From an uncultured Thermoplasmatales archaeon (GTDB taxonomy: Archaea > Thermoplasmatota > E2 > DHVEG-1), in NCBI GenBank assembly GCA_964615235.1, contig CAZTMK010000012.1:844-64843 (forward strand): DNA of 64,000 nt, in the 5' to 3' direction. The first letter of the stretch is position 1; the number at the start of each line of letters is the position of its first letter. The position numbers and the translations under genes are program-made. A model generated the notes under the pieces. That model had not been told where the DNA came from. It saw nothing but the letters and a program-made list of their open reading frames with translations, and did not search any database. Of the stretch, positions 18,635 to 28,477 are shown one piece after another.

Positions 18635-19876
18635 ATGAAAATTCGTCAAAAATATCTTTTATATGCACTAGCGGTGTCTTCGTCATTTATAGCCGCTTTT
18701 GTTACTTCTATTGACAGTATAATAAGTGCTAATTTTATTAAAGACCCCTATGAATTTACCTTTACACTTTTTCTTGTTGGAGTTATTGTTACATTTGTTC
18801 TTTCGCTAGTTTTTTCTATCCCATTTAAAAAAAAAAGTCTTGGAAATTGCTTTATTGACCCTTCGTTTGTTAAACTCCGATTAATACAACCTTCCGAATT
18901 CAAGTATCACATTTTAGCAGGATTATTCAATGCAGTAAATACAATTGGTTATTGTATATTGATTTCCTTGATTCTAGAACCTTCTCTTATTTTGTCGTTT
19001 TCACAGATTGTAATAATATATTTGTTATTAATTGAATCTATCTCTGAAAAAAATATTCCAACGCTTGTTGAAGTACAATCATCAGTCATTGTTACCTTTG
19101 GAGCGATTCTTGCATCAATAAGTCTTAAAGGCGATATTAATGTTGATGCACTTCTTATTGTATTTTTGATAATAAATCCAACATGGGCTTTATTTTCAAT
19201 TTATCAGAGAAAATTAAAGCTTTTAAAAATTAAAGATAGACGTAATGATGCTATCAACATTAGGTTTTGGAATGTTTTCTTTTCGCTTGTGTTTACAACA
19301 ATAATTTTGTTGTTATTTGATTTTTTCACTGGCTCAAATTACATAAATGGAGGAATAGAAGCATCGATTCAACATTTTCCATGGGTTGCCTTTGGTATGG
19401 GGATGACCTTTTTTGCTTATGTTCTTTATATTCGTTCACTTGGTCTTGGTAAAGCAAGTGTGAATAATGCCATCAGATCAACAACGATTGTTTTTGGCAT
19501 TCCTTTTTCTTTGCTTATTGCAACGTATTTCAATATCCCCCTTTTTTCAACAGATCCTGTAATGCTCATAATAAAAACAATTGGAATAGTATTAATCGTC
19601 CTGGGAATAATTTCTTTTGCCCTAACCCTTGTTAAAGCATACATATTTATTACAATTCGACCAGGTTTTTCGATAAAGAAAACAATGGACGATATTTGGA
19701 ATATTCGCGGAGTTAGTAGAGTTACAGCCACAACAGGCCCTTATGATTTTATTGTAAAAATTCATACACGCACGTTAGTCAAAGGTTATGAAAGAATTAT
19801 CCGAAAAATCGAGGGAATTGAAGCAGTCAAAGATTATAAATGGGCATCTGTTCTAAAAGAATGGGAAAATATCTAA
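18635..19876 (+). CDS. Polytopic membrane protein (about 10 TM, DMT/EamA-like permease) with a fused C-terminal RAM-like domain
   Basis: 413 aa. Hydrophobic through about residue 330, then IWNIRGVSRVTATTGPYDFIVKIHTRTLVKGYERIIRKIEGIEAVKDYKWASV, which mirrors the RAM fold of the upstream ORF. Separated from the previous gene by 4 nt. Confidence 0.6.
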   Translation: MKIRQKYLLYALAVSSSFIAAFVTSIDSIISANFIKDPYEFTFTLFLVGVIVTFVLSLVFSIPFKKKSLGNCFIDPSFVKLRLIQPSEFKYHILAGLFNAVNTIGYCILISLILEPSLILSFSQIVIIYLLLIESISEKNIPTLVEVQSSVIVTFGAILASISLKGDINVDALLIVFLIINPTWALFSIYQRKLKLLKIKDRRNDAINIRFWNVFFSLVFTTIILLLFDFFTGSNYINGGIEASIQHFPWVAFGMGMTFFAYVLYIRSLGLGKASVNNAIRSTTIVFGIPFSLLIATYFNIPLFSTDPVMLIIKTIGIVLIVLGIISFALTLVKAYIFITIRPGFSIKKTMDDIWNIRGVSRVTATTGPYDFIVKIHTRTLVKGYERIIRKIEGIEAVKDYKWASVLKEWENI

Positions 19877-19929
19877 GATTCTGAAAAAATTTTATCAGTA
19901 TAAATATTAATTCCCTTAAATGTGATAAT

Positions 19930-21033
19930 ATGATTGATCAACGTGTAAAAAAACTTGCCCAAATACTTGTTAATTACTCTCTTGAAATTAGAAAAAACGA
20001 CCTTTTTGGTATTTATGGCAATCAAATTTCTGCACCGTTAATAAAAGAAGTTTATCGTCAAGCAATTAATCTGGGTGCGCACCCATTCACAAATCTGGCA
20101 TTGGATGGACTTGGCGAAATTTTCTACAATAATGCAAAAGAGGAACAACTCAGATATGTTTCACCCTTGGCAAAATTTGAAATTGAAAAAATCAATGCAA
20201 GATTAGTCATTCTTAGCCCATGGAACACAAAGAATATGACTAATGTTAATCCAAAAAAGCAATCAATAAGAAGTGTTGCCCAACAACCTCTCCACGATAT
20301 TTTTATGAAACGTGCTGCTAAAAGGGATTTAAGATGGTGTGTAACCCAATACCCTTCCAATGCTTCTGCTCAAGATGCTGAAATGTCCCTGGAAGATTAC
20401 GAGAATTTTATTTTCAATGCAGCCCATGTTGATAAAAAAAATCCTATTGAATACTGGAAATCAGTTTTTCAAAAACAAGAGAAAATTAAAAATTTCTTGC
20501 AAAAAAAGAAAAAGCTGTGGGTTGTTGCAAAAGATACAGATTTAACCATTTCTGTTGAGAAAAGAAAATGGATTAATTGTGCAGGAGGGGAAAATTTCCC
20601 TGATGGAGAAGTATTCACAGGACCAGTGGAAAATTCTGCAGAGGGACACATAAGTTATTCATTTCCTGCTGTTCATGGTGGTAGAGAAGTCGATGGAATA
20701 AAACTGTGGTTTAAAAGAGGTAAGGTTGTTAAACAAGAGGCTGCAAAAGGTGAGACTTTTCTTAAAACAATGTTGGATATGGATGAAGGTTCAAGAAGAA
20801 TAGGTGAGTTTGCATTCGGTTTAAATTCAGGAATTAAAAATTATTCAAAAAACACATTGTTTGATGAAAAAATTGGTGGAACAATTCATATAGCATTGGG
20901 TCTTGGATATCCAGAATCGGGCAGTAAAAACAAGTCTGGGCTACATTGGGATATGGTTTGCGACCTACGAAAAGAAGGCGAGGTGTATGCCGATAATGAG
21001 TTAATTTATAAGCGAGGAAAATTTGTTTTTTAA
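19930..21033 (+). CDS. Aminopeptidase, M29 (thermophilic metalloprotease / AmpS-PepS) family
   Basis: 367 aa. N-terminal KKLAQILVNYSLEIRKNDL matches the M29 family. Overall length and C-terminal GGTIHIALG block are typical. Confidence 0.75.
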   Translation: MIDQRVKKLAQILVNYSLEIRKNDLFGIYGNQISAPLIKEVYRQAINLGAHPFTNLALDGLGEIFYNNAKEEQLRYVSPLAKFEIEKINARLVILSPWNTKNMTNVNPKKQSIRSVAQQPLHDIFMKRAAKRDLRWCVTQYPSNASAQDAEMSLEDYENFIFNAAHVDKKNPIEYWKSVFQKQEKIKNFLQKKKKLWVVAKDTDLTISVEKRKWINCAGGENFPDGEVFTGPVENSAEGHISYSFPAVHGGREVDGIKLWFKRGKVVKQEAAKGETFLKTMLDMDEGSRRIGEFAFGLNSGIKNYSKNTLFDEKIGGTIHIALGLGYPESGSKNKSGLHWDMVCDLRKEGEVYADNELIYKRGKFVF

Positions 21034-21090
21034 CTAATTATTACAATATTAACAAGATATTTATAAGAGATGGTTATTCCAAATTCCATC

Positions 21091-22542
21091 ATGTGTGGTA
21101 TAGTTGGCATTATTGGGGGTAGGCCTGTATCACGCCTTATTTATCATAGTCTTTTTGCTATTCAGCACAGAGGACAATCATCTGCCGGGAAACTTACTTA
21201 TGATGGTAATATTCATATAACCAAGGATAGCGGTCTGGTTAGAGATGTTTTTAACGAAGAAAAAAAGATTGATACCCCTGGAAACGTCGGTATCGGTCAC
21301 ACAAGATATTCAACAGCCGGAATGGATGACATTGAATCTTTAAAAAAAAACGCTCAACCCGAATATCTGGTCAATCCTTTCTTAGCTGCTGTTCATAATG
21401 GAAATGTATATAATTTTGCTGAAATTGCTGGTAATACTAAGCGAAGTCCACGTACGGATTGCGATATTCAATGGTTATTACTTCCTATAGCTGATGAGTT
21501 ATACAAAAGGGAACTCAGCAAGGATGTAATTTTTACTGCATGTGAAAAAGTAATGAAAATTGCAAAAGGAAGTTATTCCGCCCTTTTTATTGCAGATTCT
21601 GGTGAGAATCCTTTCCTATTTGCAATAACTGATCCTTATAAAATTCGACCTCTGGTATTGGGTAAAAATGATGGGATGTATTGTCTAACTTCTGAAACAA
21701 GAGTTTTTAAAAAAATAAATTTTGAATATGTAAAGGACGTTCCTGGCGGATCCGTAATAATCATTGATAAGAAAGGTAAAATTTTTGAAAAACAATTAAT
21801 AAAAAAGTCTGAAAAACCCTGCATGTTTGAATTTGTTTATTTTGCAAAACCAGATTCAAGAATTAATGACAGATCGGTACATAACGTAAGAGTAAAAATC
21901 GGAAGATTGCTTGCCCAAGAACATCCTGTTGACGCAGATATTGTTGTTCCAGTGCCAGAATCAGGAAGACGTTATGCAACAGGTTTCTCAAGAGAGTCTG
22001 GTATTCCTCTTGATGAGGGATTGATGAAGGATAAGGATGAACGATCTTTTATTCAACAAACCCAGGAAAGCCGTGATAAGGTTGTTGAGGAAGGTTTGTC
22101 CTATCTACGTTCTGTTCTTGGGGGAAAGAGGGTTGTTCTAATTGATGATTCTATTGTAAGGGGAACAAATATCCGAAAGCTTGTAAAGGGTATAAGAACC
22201 GCTGGTGCTAAAGAGGTTCACATCCGTATAGGTTGCCCGCCATTGATTGCACCGTGTTATCTTGGCATAGATATGCGTAGTAAGAAAGAGTTTATAGCCA
22301 GAAATTCCCACGGAAATATAAGATCTCCTGATGAGATTGCAGATGAGATTGGTGCTGATTCACTTGAATATATTAGCATTAAAGGTCTAGAAGATGCTAT
22401 TGGATTTGAAACATGCAGAGGTTGTATAGATTTCCCTGGTGGATATCCCCATGATTTACAAAAAGATGTGCAGAAACTTTATGCTATAGATCACAAGGGT
22501 GCGAGGGCATATGAAAGCCTCAAACGAAATGATATTGAGTAG
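21091..22542 (+). CDS. purF: Amidophosphoribosyltransferase (glutamine PRPP amidotransferase)
   Basis: N-terminal MCGIVGI (Ntn Cys1). PRTase motif VVLIDDSIVRGTN. C-terminal Cys residues consistent with a 4Fe-4S cluster. The ORF track starts 21 nt upstream at 21070; MCGIV is the more likely start. Confidence 0.92.
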   Translation: MCGIVGIIGGRPVSRLIYHSLFAIQHRGQSSAGKLTYDGNIHITKDSGLVRDVFNEEKKIDTPGNVGIGHTRYSTAGMDDIESLKKNAQPEYLVNPFLAAVHNGNVYNFAEIAGNTKRSPRTDCDIQWLLLPIADELYKRELSKDVIFTACEKVMKIAKGSYSALFIADSGENPFLFAITDPYKIRPLVLGKNDGMYCLTSETRVFKKINFEYVKDVPGGSVIIIDKKGKIFEKQLIKKSEKPCMFEFVYFAKPDSRINDRSVHNVRVKIGRLLAQEHPVDADIVVPVPESGRRYATGFSRESGIPLDEGLMKDKDERSFIQQTQESRDKVVEEGLSYLRSVLGGKRVVLIDDSIVRGTNIRKLVKGIRTAGAKEVHIRIGCPPLIAPCYLGIDMRSKKEFIARNSHGNIRSPDEIADEIGADSLEYISIKGLEDAIGFETCRGCIDFPGGYPHDLQKDVQKLYAIDHKGARAYESLKRNDIE

Positions 22543-22550
22543 CGGTCAGT

Positions 22551-22859
22551 ATGATTGAAATAACAACGGGAACAGTTGAAGAAAAAATTATAAAGATTCT
22601 ACAGAAAACCTATCCAGTCACAGTAAAAGACCTAGCAAATAAGCTAAATGTTTCTCAGTCTGTCATCATGAGGGAGGTTCAAAAATTCCGAACTAGAGGC
22701 ATTGTCCAACTTGACTTTTTACCCGATAAAACATACATAAGACTTTTAAGAAATGATTTTAGTTTTGTTGGCAAGAAAAGACAGAAGAAATTTATTAAAC
22801 ACAAATCTAGAGGAAAAACCTATCGGCAAGATGAATATGATGGTTTTATGTATTCCTGA
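22551..22859 (+). CDS. Small winged-helix DNA-binding protein with basic C-terminal tail
   Basis: 102 aa. IIKILQKTYPVTVKDLANKLNVSQSVIMREVQKFRTRGIV is wHTH-like. C-terminus KKRQKKFIKHKSRGK. Confidence 0.5.
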   Translation: MIEITTGTVEEKIIKILQKTYPVTVKDLANKLNVSQSVIMREVQKFRTRGIVQLDFLPDKTYIRLLRNDFSFVGKKRQKKFIKHKSRGKTYRQDEYDGFMYS

Positions 22860-22874
22860 TTTTTTAAAATATAG

Positions 22875-23300
22875 TTATCCAATAACCTGAATAACATGTT
22901 TATTTACGATTAAAAATTCGACAAGCTCTTCAGTTTGCTTTAAATTTTTTAATAATTCATAATCCAGTATATGCTCGTAGTGTGAAATCACTCTACTGCC
23001 AGAGGGCGACCAGCTAGCAATATCTATATGATCATGGTCAAAATCCTTGACGCTTCCCAGTATAGTAAAAGATTCTGCACGAATTCGAAATGAACAACTT
23101 GTACACTCCAAAATTGTATCATAGGGAGTATAAGCATTAGTATAATCTTCTATAGGGGCAACTTGAACCAAAATGAGTTTTCCATTACACAGAGGACAAG
23201 TTATATTTCCATTGGAGGAATGACTCCAAATGCTGCCTAAAATATCCATCTCCCTCTTATCGTATCTCATTTCATTACCCATTTCTACAATACCCATCAT
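22875..23300 (-). CDS. Hypothetical zinc-ribbon protein
   Basis: 141 aa with CPLCNGK...CTSCSF Cys4 ribbon. Confidence 0.45.
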   Translation of the reverse strand: MMGIVEMGNEMRYDKREMDILGSIWSHSSNGNITCPLCNGKLILVQVAPIEDYTNAYTPYDTILECTSCSFRIRAESFTILGSVKDFDHDHIDIASWSPSGSRVISHYEHILDYELLKNLKQTEELVEFLIVNKHVIQVIG

Positions 23301-23411
23301 AATATTATACCAACTTATTGCATAAATACTTTATTGAAAAACTTGTTTTTCTTACGGCTCTTAAAGCGTCATTTTAATATTGCAGTAAATTCTTTCATAT
23401 ATTGAGATAAA

Positions 23412-24203
23412 ATGAATATCGTAACACTAATGACTGATTTTGGAACAAAAAGTGGTTATGCTGCTCAAATGAAAGCTGTATTACTTTCACATGCAAATTC
23501 AATAAATATTGTTGATATAACTCACGAAATATCTCCGCAAAACATTAGGGAAGGTGCATTTGTCTTAAGACAATCAGTCAAGTATTTTCCAAAGGGAACA
23601 ATTCACGTTGCAGTTGTAGATCCGGGGGTTGGAACCGAGAGAAAAGGAATAATTATTGCAACAAGATCTCAGATTCTAATAGGCCCAGATAATGGTTTGA
23701 TGATGCCTGCTGCCCATTATCTTGGCGATTTTGCAGTGTACGAAATTTCAAACCCTCTCCACATGATGCAAAATGTCTCAAATACATTTCATGGACGAGA
23801 TATTTTCTCTCCCGTGGCTGCAAATATTATTAAAGGGGTTTCCTTCGATCAGTTTGGTAAGCGTCTTTTCAATTTCGTTGATTTGGATTTTGGTCAGGGA
23901 ATTGTAGATAATCAAAGTGCGACAGGAAAAATTATTCATATTGATAGTTTTGGAAATATAATTACTAATATTGACGGCGATAAAATAAAAAAATATGTAG
24001 AATACGGGAAAAAATTGATGATTTTTATTGGTTCCGAGAGGAAGGAAATAACATTCTTTAAAGCGTATGGTTTTGCTCGTAAGCGGCAGATGCTTGCTAC
24101 AGTTGGTAGTAGTAATCTATTTGAAATCGGGATAAATCAGGGAAACGCAGCAAAAAGACTTGGTTTGAAACTAGATGATGAAATAAAAATTTTATTTCCC
24201 TAG
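23412..24203 (+). CDS. SAM hydroxide adenosyltransferase / DUF62 (fluorinase-chlorinase SalL-like) family protein
   Basis: NIVTLMTDFGTKSGYAAQMKAV, VAVVDPGVGTERKGII, IDSFGNIITNI are hallmark DUF62 blocks. Confidence 0.8.
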   Translation: MNIVTLMTDFGTKSGYAAQMKAVLLSHANSINIVDITHEISPQNIREGAFVLRQSVKYFPKGTIHVAVVDPGVGTERKGIIIATRSQILIGPDNGLMMPAAHYLGDFAVYEISNPLHMMQNVSNTFHGRDIFSPVAANIIKGVSFDQFGKRLFNFVDLDFGQGIVDNQSATGKIIHIDSFGNIITNIDGDKIKKYVEYGKKLMIFIGSERKEITFFKAYGFARKRQMLATVGSSNLFEIGINQGNAAKRLGLKLDDEIKILFP

Positions 24204-24760
24204 AATTCATCCCTATTGTTTCCAATGGTTGTGTATATGTTTTTTCCTAGGTAAAAGATGGGTTGGATGTGCTTATTTTCTAAAATATTGTCCTGAAATG
24301 CGTCTTCAACATAAGAAATGTTTACAACTTCTCCAACAAAAAATGTATGATCTCCTAAGGAAATAGATTCTTTTAATCTGCATTCTAAAATTGAGTATGA
24401 TTCTTGAATTGATGGAGTAGTAACCTCTTTTGAAGGAACAAGTGTAAGATTTGATTGCTTAATTTTGTCGATGTTTCTGCCAGTATGTGTGCCGCAAAAA
24501 TTTACTTTTTTAACAAAATCAAACGGTAAAAAATTAATAACAAATTCTTTTGATTTTTTAATAAGATCGTGTGAGTATCTGCTAGGTGCAACAGAGATTC
24601 CGTAAAGTGGTGGGTTTTTAGAAATTGGGCATTGCCAGGAAATTGTAATGATGTTCGTTTTTTTATCCCCATCATTACAGGTAACCAAAACTGCATGCAT
24701 TGGAAAAGTATAATAGTAGAATTTTTCAAGCTGCGGACAGTTGATTTTACGTTTGTTCAT
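24200..24760 (-). CDS. Flavin reductase-like FMN-binding domain protein
   Basis: 186 aa. Overall resemblance to the split-barrel flavin reductase domain. Overlaps the upstream gene by 4 nt. Confidence 0.55.
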   Translation of the reverse strand: MNKRKINCPQLEKFYYYTFPMHAVLVTCNDGDKKTNIITISWQCPISKNPPLYGISVAPSRYSHDLIKKSKEFVINFLPFDFVKKVNFCGTHTGRNIDKIKQSNLTLVPSKEVTTPSIQESYSILECRLKESISLGDHTFFVGEVVNISYVEDAFQDNILENKHIQPIFYLGKNIYTTIGNNRDEF

Positions 24761-24835
24761 ATTAAAAAGTATTGATTAATGGGACTTAAAATGATGGATG
24801 TATATGATTATTTACAATGTCTCCTAATTTATGAA

Positions 24836-25951
24836 TTATTTATTAACAATTACAAATAATCCAATTACATAGCCCGTGGTTACTACTTCGACTTTATCTG
24901 CATTTGTTGCCCAAGCAGATACCGTTATTTCAACAGTTCCAATCCCAAAAATTATCCCTGATCCTCTTGTGCTTTCGATTTTTATTGCTCCTGGTTCCAA
25001 TGTTGTTCCGCAATCGATGCATCCTTTACAGATATGAGTTAAATTAATTTTGGAAAATAACCCTCCCTTAATATCTATCTTTGTGGCAATTCCTTCTGTT
25101 GTGTTATCGCCGATATTTTTTACGTCTGTTGTTACTGAACCAAATCCTCCTCTTATGTTCAAAATTTTTAGTTCGGTTGCTGAAACTTCTATTTTAAAAG
25201 TGGTAGAATCACTTTCCATGCCAAATTCATCCTTGGCTCGTACAACAATATTATGTATTCCACTAGAAACCCAACTATGATTTATAAAAATCTCTTCTCC
25301 AGACTCATATGGTCCTATACAAACTCCTTCTTGCCCCTCAGACCAATTTATACAATAGAAAATGTCATCATAATCTGGATCTTCTGTTGTGATTGTAAAT
25401 TCATATTCTTGTCCAGGATACCCCTCATTGGGTCCGTTTATTTCTGGAATTTCCGGTGGACGGTTACTAACAATTGGATATCCTTTATTTTTCCACTCTT
25501 TTATGCCTCCACCCATGTTGTATATCGTTCCCTCAAAGTTGTTATCTATAAGCATATTGGCTGCACTCTCGCTCCTTGAACCTGCTAAACAATACAAGAT
25601 AATTTCTTTCCCTTCATAATTTGACATAAATTCCATTAAAATGTTGGGATTGCTCCATTCAAAATAGTTATGGTGCCGAGGATTTTCTGGATAGGGGGTG
25701 TCAATGTGTTCGGGTATCCATTCTGGGTCAGTTCTCACGTCAATGGGAATTTGAATTCCATTTGAGGCGTTATTTAACAGTGCCCAAGCTTCATCCACAC
25801 TAATATCAGTATAACCGTCAAAACCATATGAAGAATTATTATACTTTGGAATATTTTCTTTAGCAGCAATTGCATTTACTGCAATACTGCTACATAATAA
25901 AATAAATAATATACTATACACTAGGGATTTTTTAATAACAATTTTTCCCAT
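24836..25951 (-). CDS. Exported rhodanese-domain protein with beta-sandwich repeats and a C-terminal TM anchor
   Basis: Signal peptide MGKIVIKKSLVYSILFILLCSSIAVNAIAA. Rhodanese active-site loop YCLAGSRS (CxxGxR). C-terminal hydrophobic GYVIGLFVIV. Confidence 0.6.
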   Translation of the reverse strand: MGKIVIKKSLVYSILFILLCSSIAVNAIAAKENIPKYNNSSYGFDGYTDISVDEAWALLNNASNGIQIPIDVRTDPEWIPEHIDTPYPENPRHHNYFEWSNPNILMEFMSNYEGKEIILYCLAGSRSESAANMLIDNNFEGTIYNMGGGIKEWKNKGYPIVSNRPPEIPEINGPNEGYPGQEYEFTITTEDPDYDDIFYCINWSEGQEGVCIGPYESGEEIFINHSWVSSGIHNIVVRAKDEFGMESDSTTFKIEVSATELKILNIRGGFGSVTTDVKNIGDNTTEGIATKIDIKGGLFSKINLTHICKGCIDCGTTLEPGAIKIESTRGSGIIFGIGTVEITVSAWATNADKVEVVTTGYVIGLFVIVNK

Positions 25952-26114
25952 TTAGTTTTAGAACCCCCTTAAATTATTTTATACGGTAATATAAACAATT
26001 GTTAATATATATAATTTGGTATACTATTTTTGAAAATTTCAAATCGACAACAAATTTCTAATTGCCACAAAACAAAATAAATTAATATCAGTTAGGCATA
26101 TTACTGGAGAGAAG

Positions 26115-26879
26115 ATGGGATTAATTAATAAAAATTCAAATATTTCCGTCCTGATTTTATTGATTGTTTTATTATTTATTGTTGGTTTTCCTTCTGTTTT
26201 TGCCGAAGAATATTATGCTGATATCAATATTGAAGTCGACAATTTTGGATTTGTAAAAATAGATGGAACTACCAATCATCCAGATTTATTAGCAAATGAT
26301 ACGGAGATTTATACCTCCAAAAATCAGGGATATTGGCTACTTAATATTTCAAAAGAAGAGATTTTCTCTGATTTTGTTTATGTTCTAACTTTACCAAAAG
26401 GCTCTTCGATTAATTATCTTAAATCATCAGGATCAATCAGAATAGAGGAAGATGAAGGTAATTTGGTTATTAGAGGGTTTGGAGAAAACAAGACCTTTTC
26501 TGTAGTTGTTCAATATCAAACAGAGAGATTATCTGAAAATAATGTTTTAATTGATAACAATTTAATTTTTATTATCGTTATCTTCATTGTCCTAATTGCA
26601 GTTATTATAATTCTAATTATACTTAAAAACGATAAAAATTCTAAGGAAATAATAGAATCAACTGGAGAGATTAATTTAAAAGGTTTGAACGAGCGTCAAA
26701 AGAAAATAATTCAATTATTAAAAGAAACTGACAGGGCGATGACTCAAACAGACATTCAAAAAGAACTAAAAATACCTAAAGCAGCTGTTTCAAGAAATAT
26801 TCTTGGTTTAGAGCGCAAAGGATTAATTGAAAAAGAACAGATTGGCATGTCAAATCTAATTAGATTAAAAAAGCATTAA
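26115..26879 (+). CDS. Membrane-anchored winged-helix transcriptional regulator (N-terminal signal/TM, extracytoplasmic domain, second TM, C-terminal wHTH)
   Basis: TM segment LIFIIVIFIVLIAVIIILIIL at mid-protein. C-terminus LNERQKKIIQLLKETDRAMTQTDIQKELKIPKAAVSRNILGLERKGLIEKE is MarR/TrmB-like. Confidence 0.6.
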   Translation: MGLINKNSNISVLILLIVLLFIVGFPSVFAEEYYADINIEVDNFGFVKIDGTTNHPDLLANDTEIYTSKNQGYWLLNISKEEIFSDFVYVLTLPKGSSINYLKSSGSIRIEEDEGNLVIRGFGENKTFSVVVQYQTERLSENNVLIDNNLIFIIVIFIVLIAVIIILIILKNDKNSKEIIESTGEINLKGLNERQKKIIQLLKETDRAMTQTDIQKELKIPKAAVSRNILGLERKGLIEKEQIGMSNLIRLKKH

Positions 26880-26992
26880 TTCCAAGACCTGTTCCGCTTT
26901 GTTCCGTTTATTTCCGGTTAAAATATATATGCTGTTTCATCCGATATTGTATTGAAAACCAAATGGAAATTGGTTTGTGAGGTGTAGAAAAT

Positions 26993-27949
26993 ATGAAAAA
27001 AATGGCGAAAATTGCCGTTGTGTTGGCAATACTTACATTGCTAACGCCTGTAGTAGTATATGCAGATGAGGTAGATACCACAGAGAACGCTACTGTTGAT
27101 ATAGATACGGGGACCCAGGAAGAAGCAGAAATAATAAAATATGAATTTGGAGCAAGTATTAGACTTTTGCAACTTGAAAAATCAATATTAAAAAATATAA
27201 TTAAAGGAGAAGAAGTTGTTTCTTTTTTAAAAGAGTTGGAATATAATACCACTGATCTTGAAGCAATACTAGCTGAATTGGAACTATTAATGCAGGAAGT
27301 CCAATCCGCTGATCCAAATTCAACTGATGCGGTTCAGATATTTGTTGACCTAAAAAGTGATGCAATTGAACTAACAAAAGAATTTAGGGAAAAGATTAAA
27401 GAATTACTGGATGAGGCGACAATAGAACAATTGAGATTAAGGATAAGAGAAATGGTATCTGAACAAGTTCAAAACCTAACCCAGAGAATCCAGAATCATA
27501 TTAGAATGTTTAACAGAAACCAACTCTACAGAATTTATGGGCTTATTGGAGAATATGATAATTCGACAATAAACAAGTATCAAAATGGAAGCATCACTAA
27601 AGAGCAAGTAAAAAATCAAATTAGCAAAATTGTAAATAATATGACAAAAGCGAAAAAATACAAAATTTTTTCGGAACTTAAAGAGGAAAGAATCAGACTA
27701 AGGGTTCAAGCCACAGTACAAGTTGATAATGCAACTGCCAATTTTCAAGAAAGAAAGGAAATGCGGCTGAGAAACAGAATTCAAAATGCTCTAAAAAACG
27801 TTGAAGGTCCCGTTAGAGCAGAGATACAAAACAGAATAACTTCAAGAATTAACGATCTTGGCACTGATAATGGCAATAAACTAAGTGATGCTGCTGGTAA
27901 CGTTTCAGTTGCCAACAGTGGGGATAATAAAAATGCTGGAGGAAGTTAA
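26993..27949 (+). CDS. Secreted coiled-coil-rich protein
   Basis: Signal peptide MKKMAKIAVVLAILTLLTPVVVYA, then E/K/Q/L-rich heptad-like sequence. Followed 2 nt later by a 66-aa TM plus acidic-tail ORF. Confidence 0.55.
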   Translation: MKKMAKIAVVLAILTLLTPVVVYADEVDTTENATVDIDTGTQEEAEIIKYEFGASIRLLQLEKSILKNIIKGEEVVSFLKELEYNTTDLEAILAELELLMQEVQSADPNSTDAVQIFVDLKSDAIELTKEFREKIKELLDEATIEQLRLRIREMVSEQVQNLTQRIQNHIRMFNRNQLYRIYGLIGEYDNSTINKYQNGSITKEQVKNQISKIVNNMTKAKKYKIFSELKEERIRLRVQATVQVDNATANFQERKEMRLRNRIQNALKNVEGPVRAEIQNRITSRINDLGTDNGNKLSDAAGNVSVANSGDNKNAGGS

Positions 27950-27951
27950 GT

Positions 27952-28152
27952 ATGAATAAAAAGATAATGGGAATTGTTTTCGGTGCAATAGTAATAATTT
28001 CCTCCGTTGTTTTTCTATATAACTACGCAGAAAATTCAAAGGACAGCACTGACGACGAATATCAAGATTATACCACCGATGATGTAATCGATGAAATTGA
28101 TAGCAGCCTTCTTGGGGAAGATGATGAGGTTGAGATTGGAGATATGGTCTAA
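27952..28152 (+). CDS. Small single-TM protein with highly acidic C-terminal tail
   Basis: MNKKIMGIVFGAIVIISSVVFLY then DDEYQDYTTDDVIDEIDSSLLGEDDEVEIGD. Translationally coupled to 26993-27949. Confidence 0.45.
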   Translation: MNKKIMGIVFGAIVIISSVVFLYNYAENSKDSTDDEYQDYTTDDVIDEIDSSLLGEDDEVEIGDMV

Positions 28153-28201
28153 AAATCTATTTCTCCTTTCTCATGATTTTAAATATAACTCTATTCAAAA
28201 A

Positions 28202-28423
28202 TTAGAATTTCAACAACGCATCTAAAAGTCCATGACCATAATTAATGCAACCGAACGCGGTAAAATGATCTTTTTTTTCTAAATAATATTTTGAATCCTG
28301 ATAATATTGAATTGCAAGTTCGACTATTTTGCTATGGATTAAATTTTTATCTTTAAGATTAAGCTTTTTAAGATTTTCTTCAAACATTACGATATCTTTT
28401 TCAATGCGCGTTTTTTCATCCAT
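28202..28423 (-). CDS. Small conserved archaeal protein (DUF357-like)
   Basis: 73 aa, helical. Resembles the about 75-aa archaeal DUF357 family by length and composition. Confidence 0.4.
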   Translation of the reverse strand: MDEKTRIEKDIVMFEENLKKLNLKDKNLIHSKIVELAIQYYQDSKYYLEKKDHFTAFGCINYGHGLLDALLKF

Positions 28424-28477
28424 AATTATTTGAAAATTAATAGGACTATTAGAAGATTGGGTTAAGTAAAAAATACA

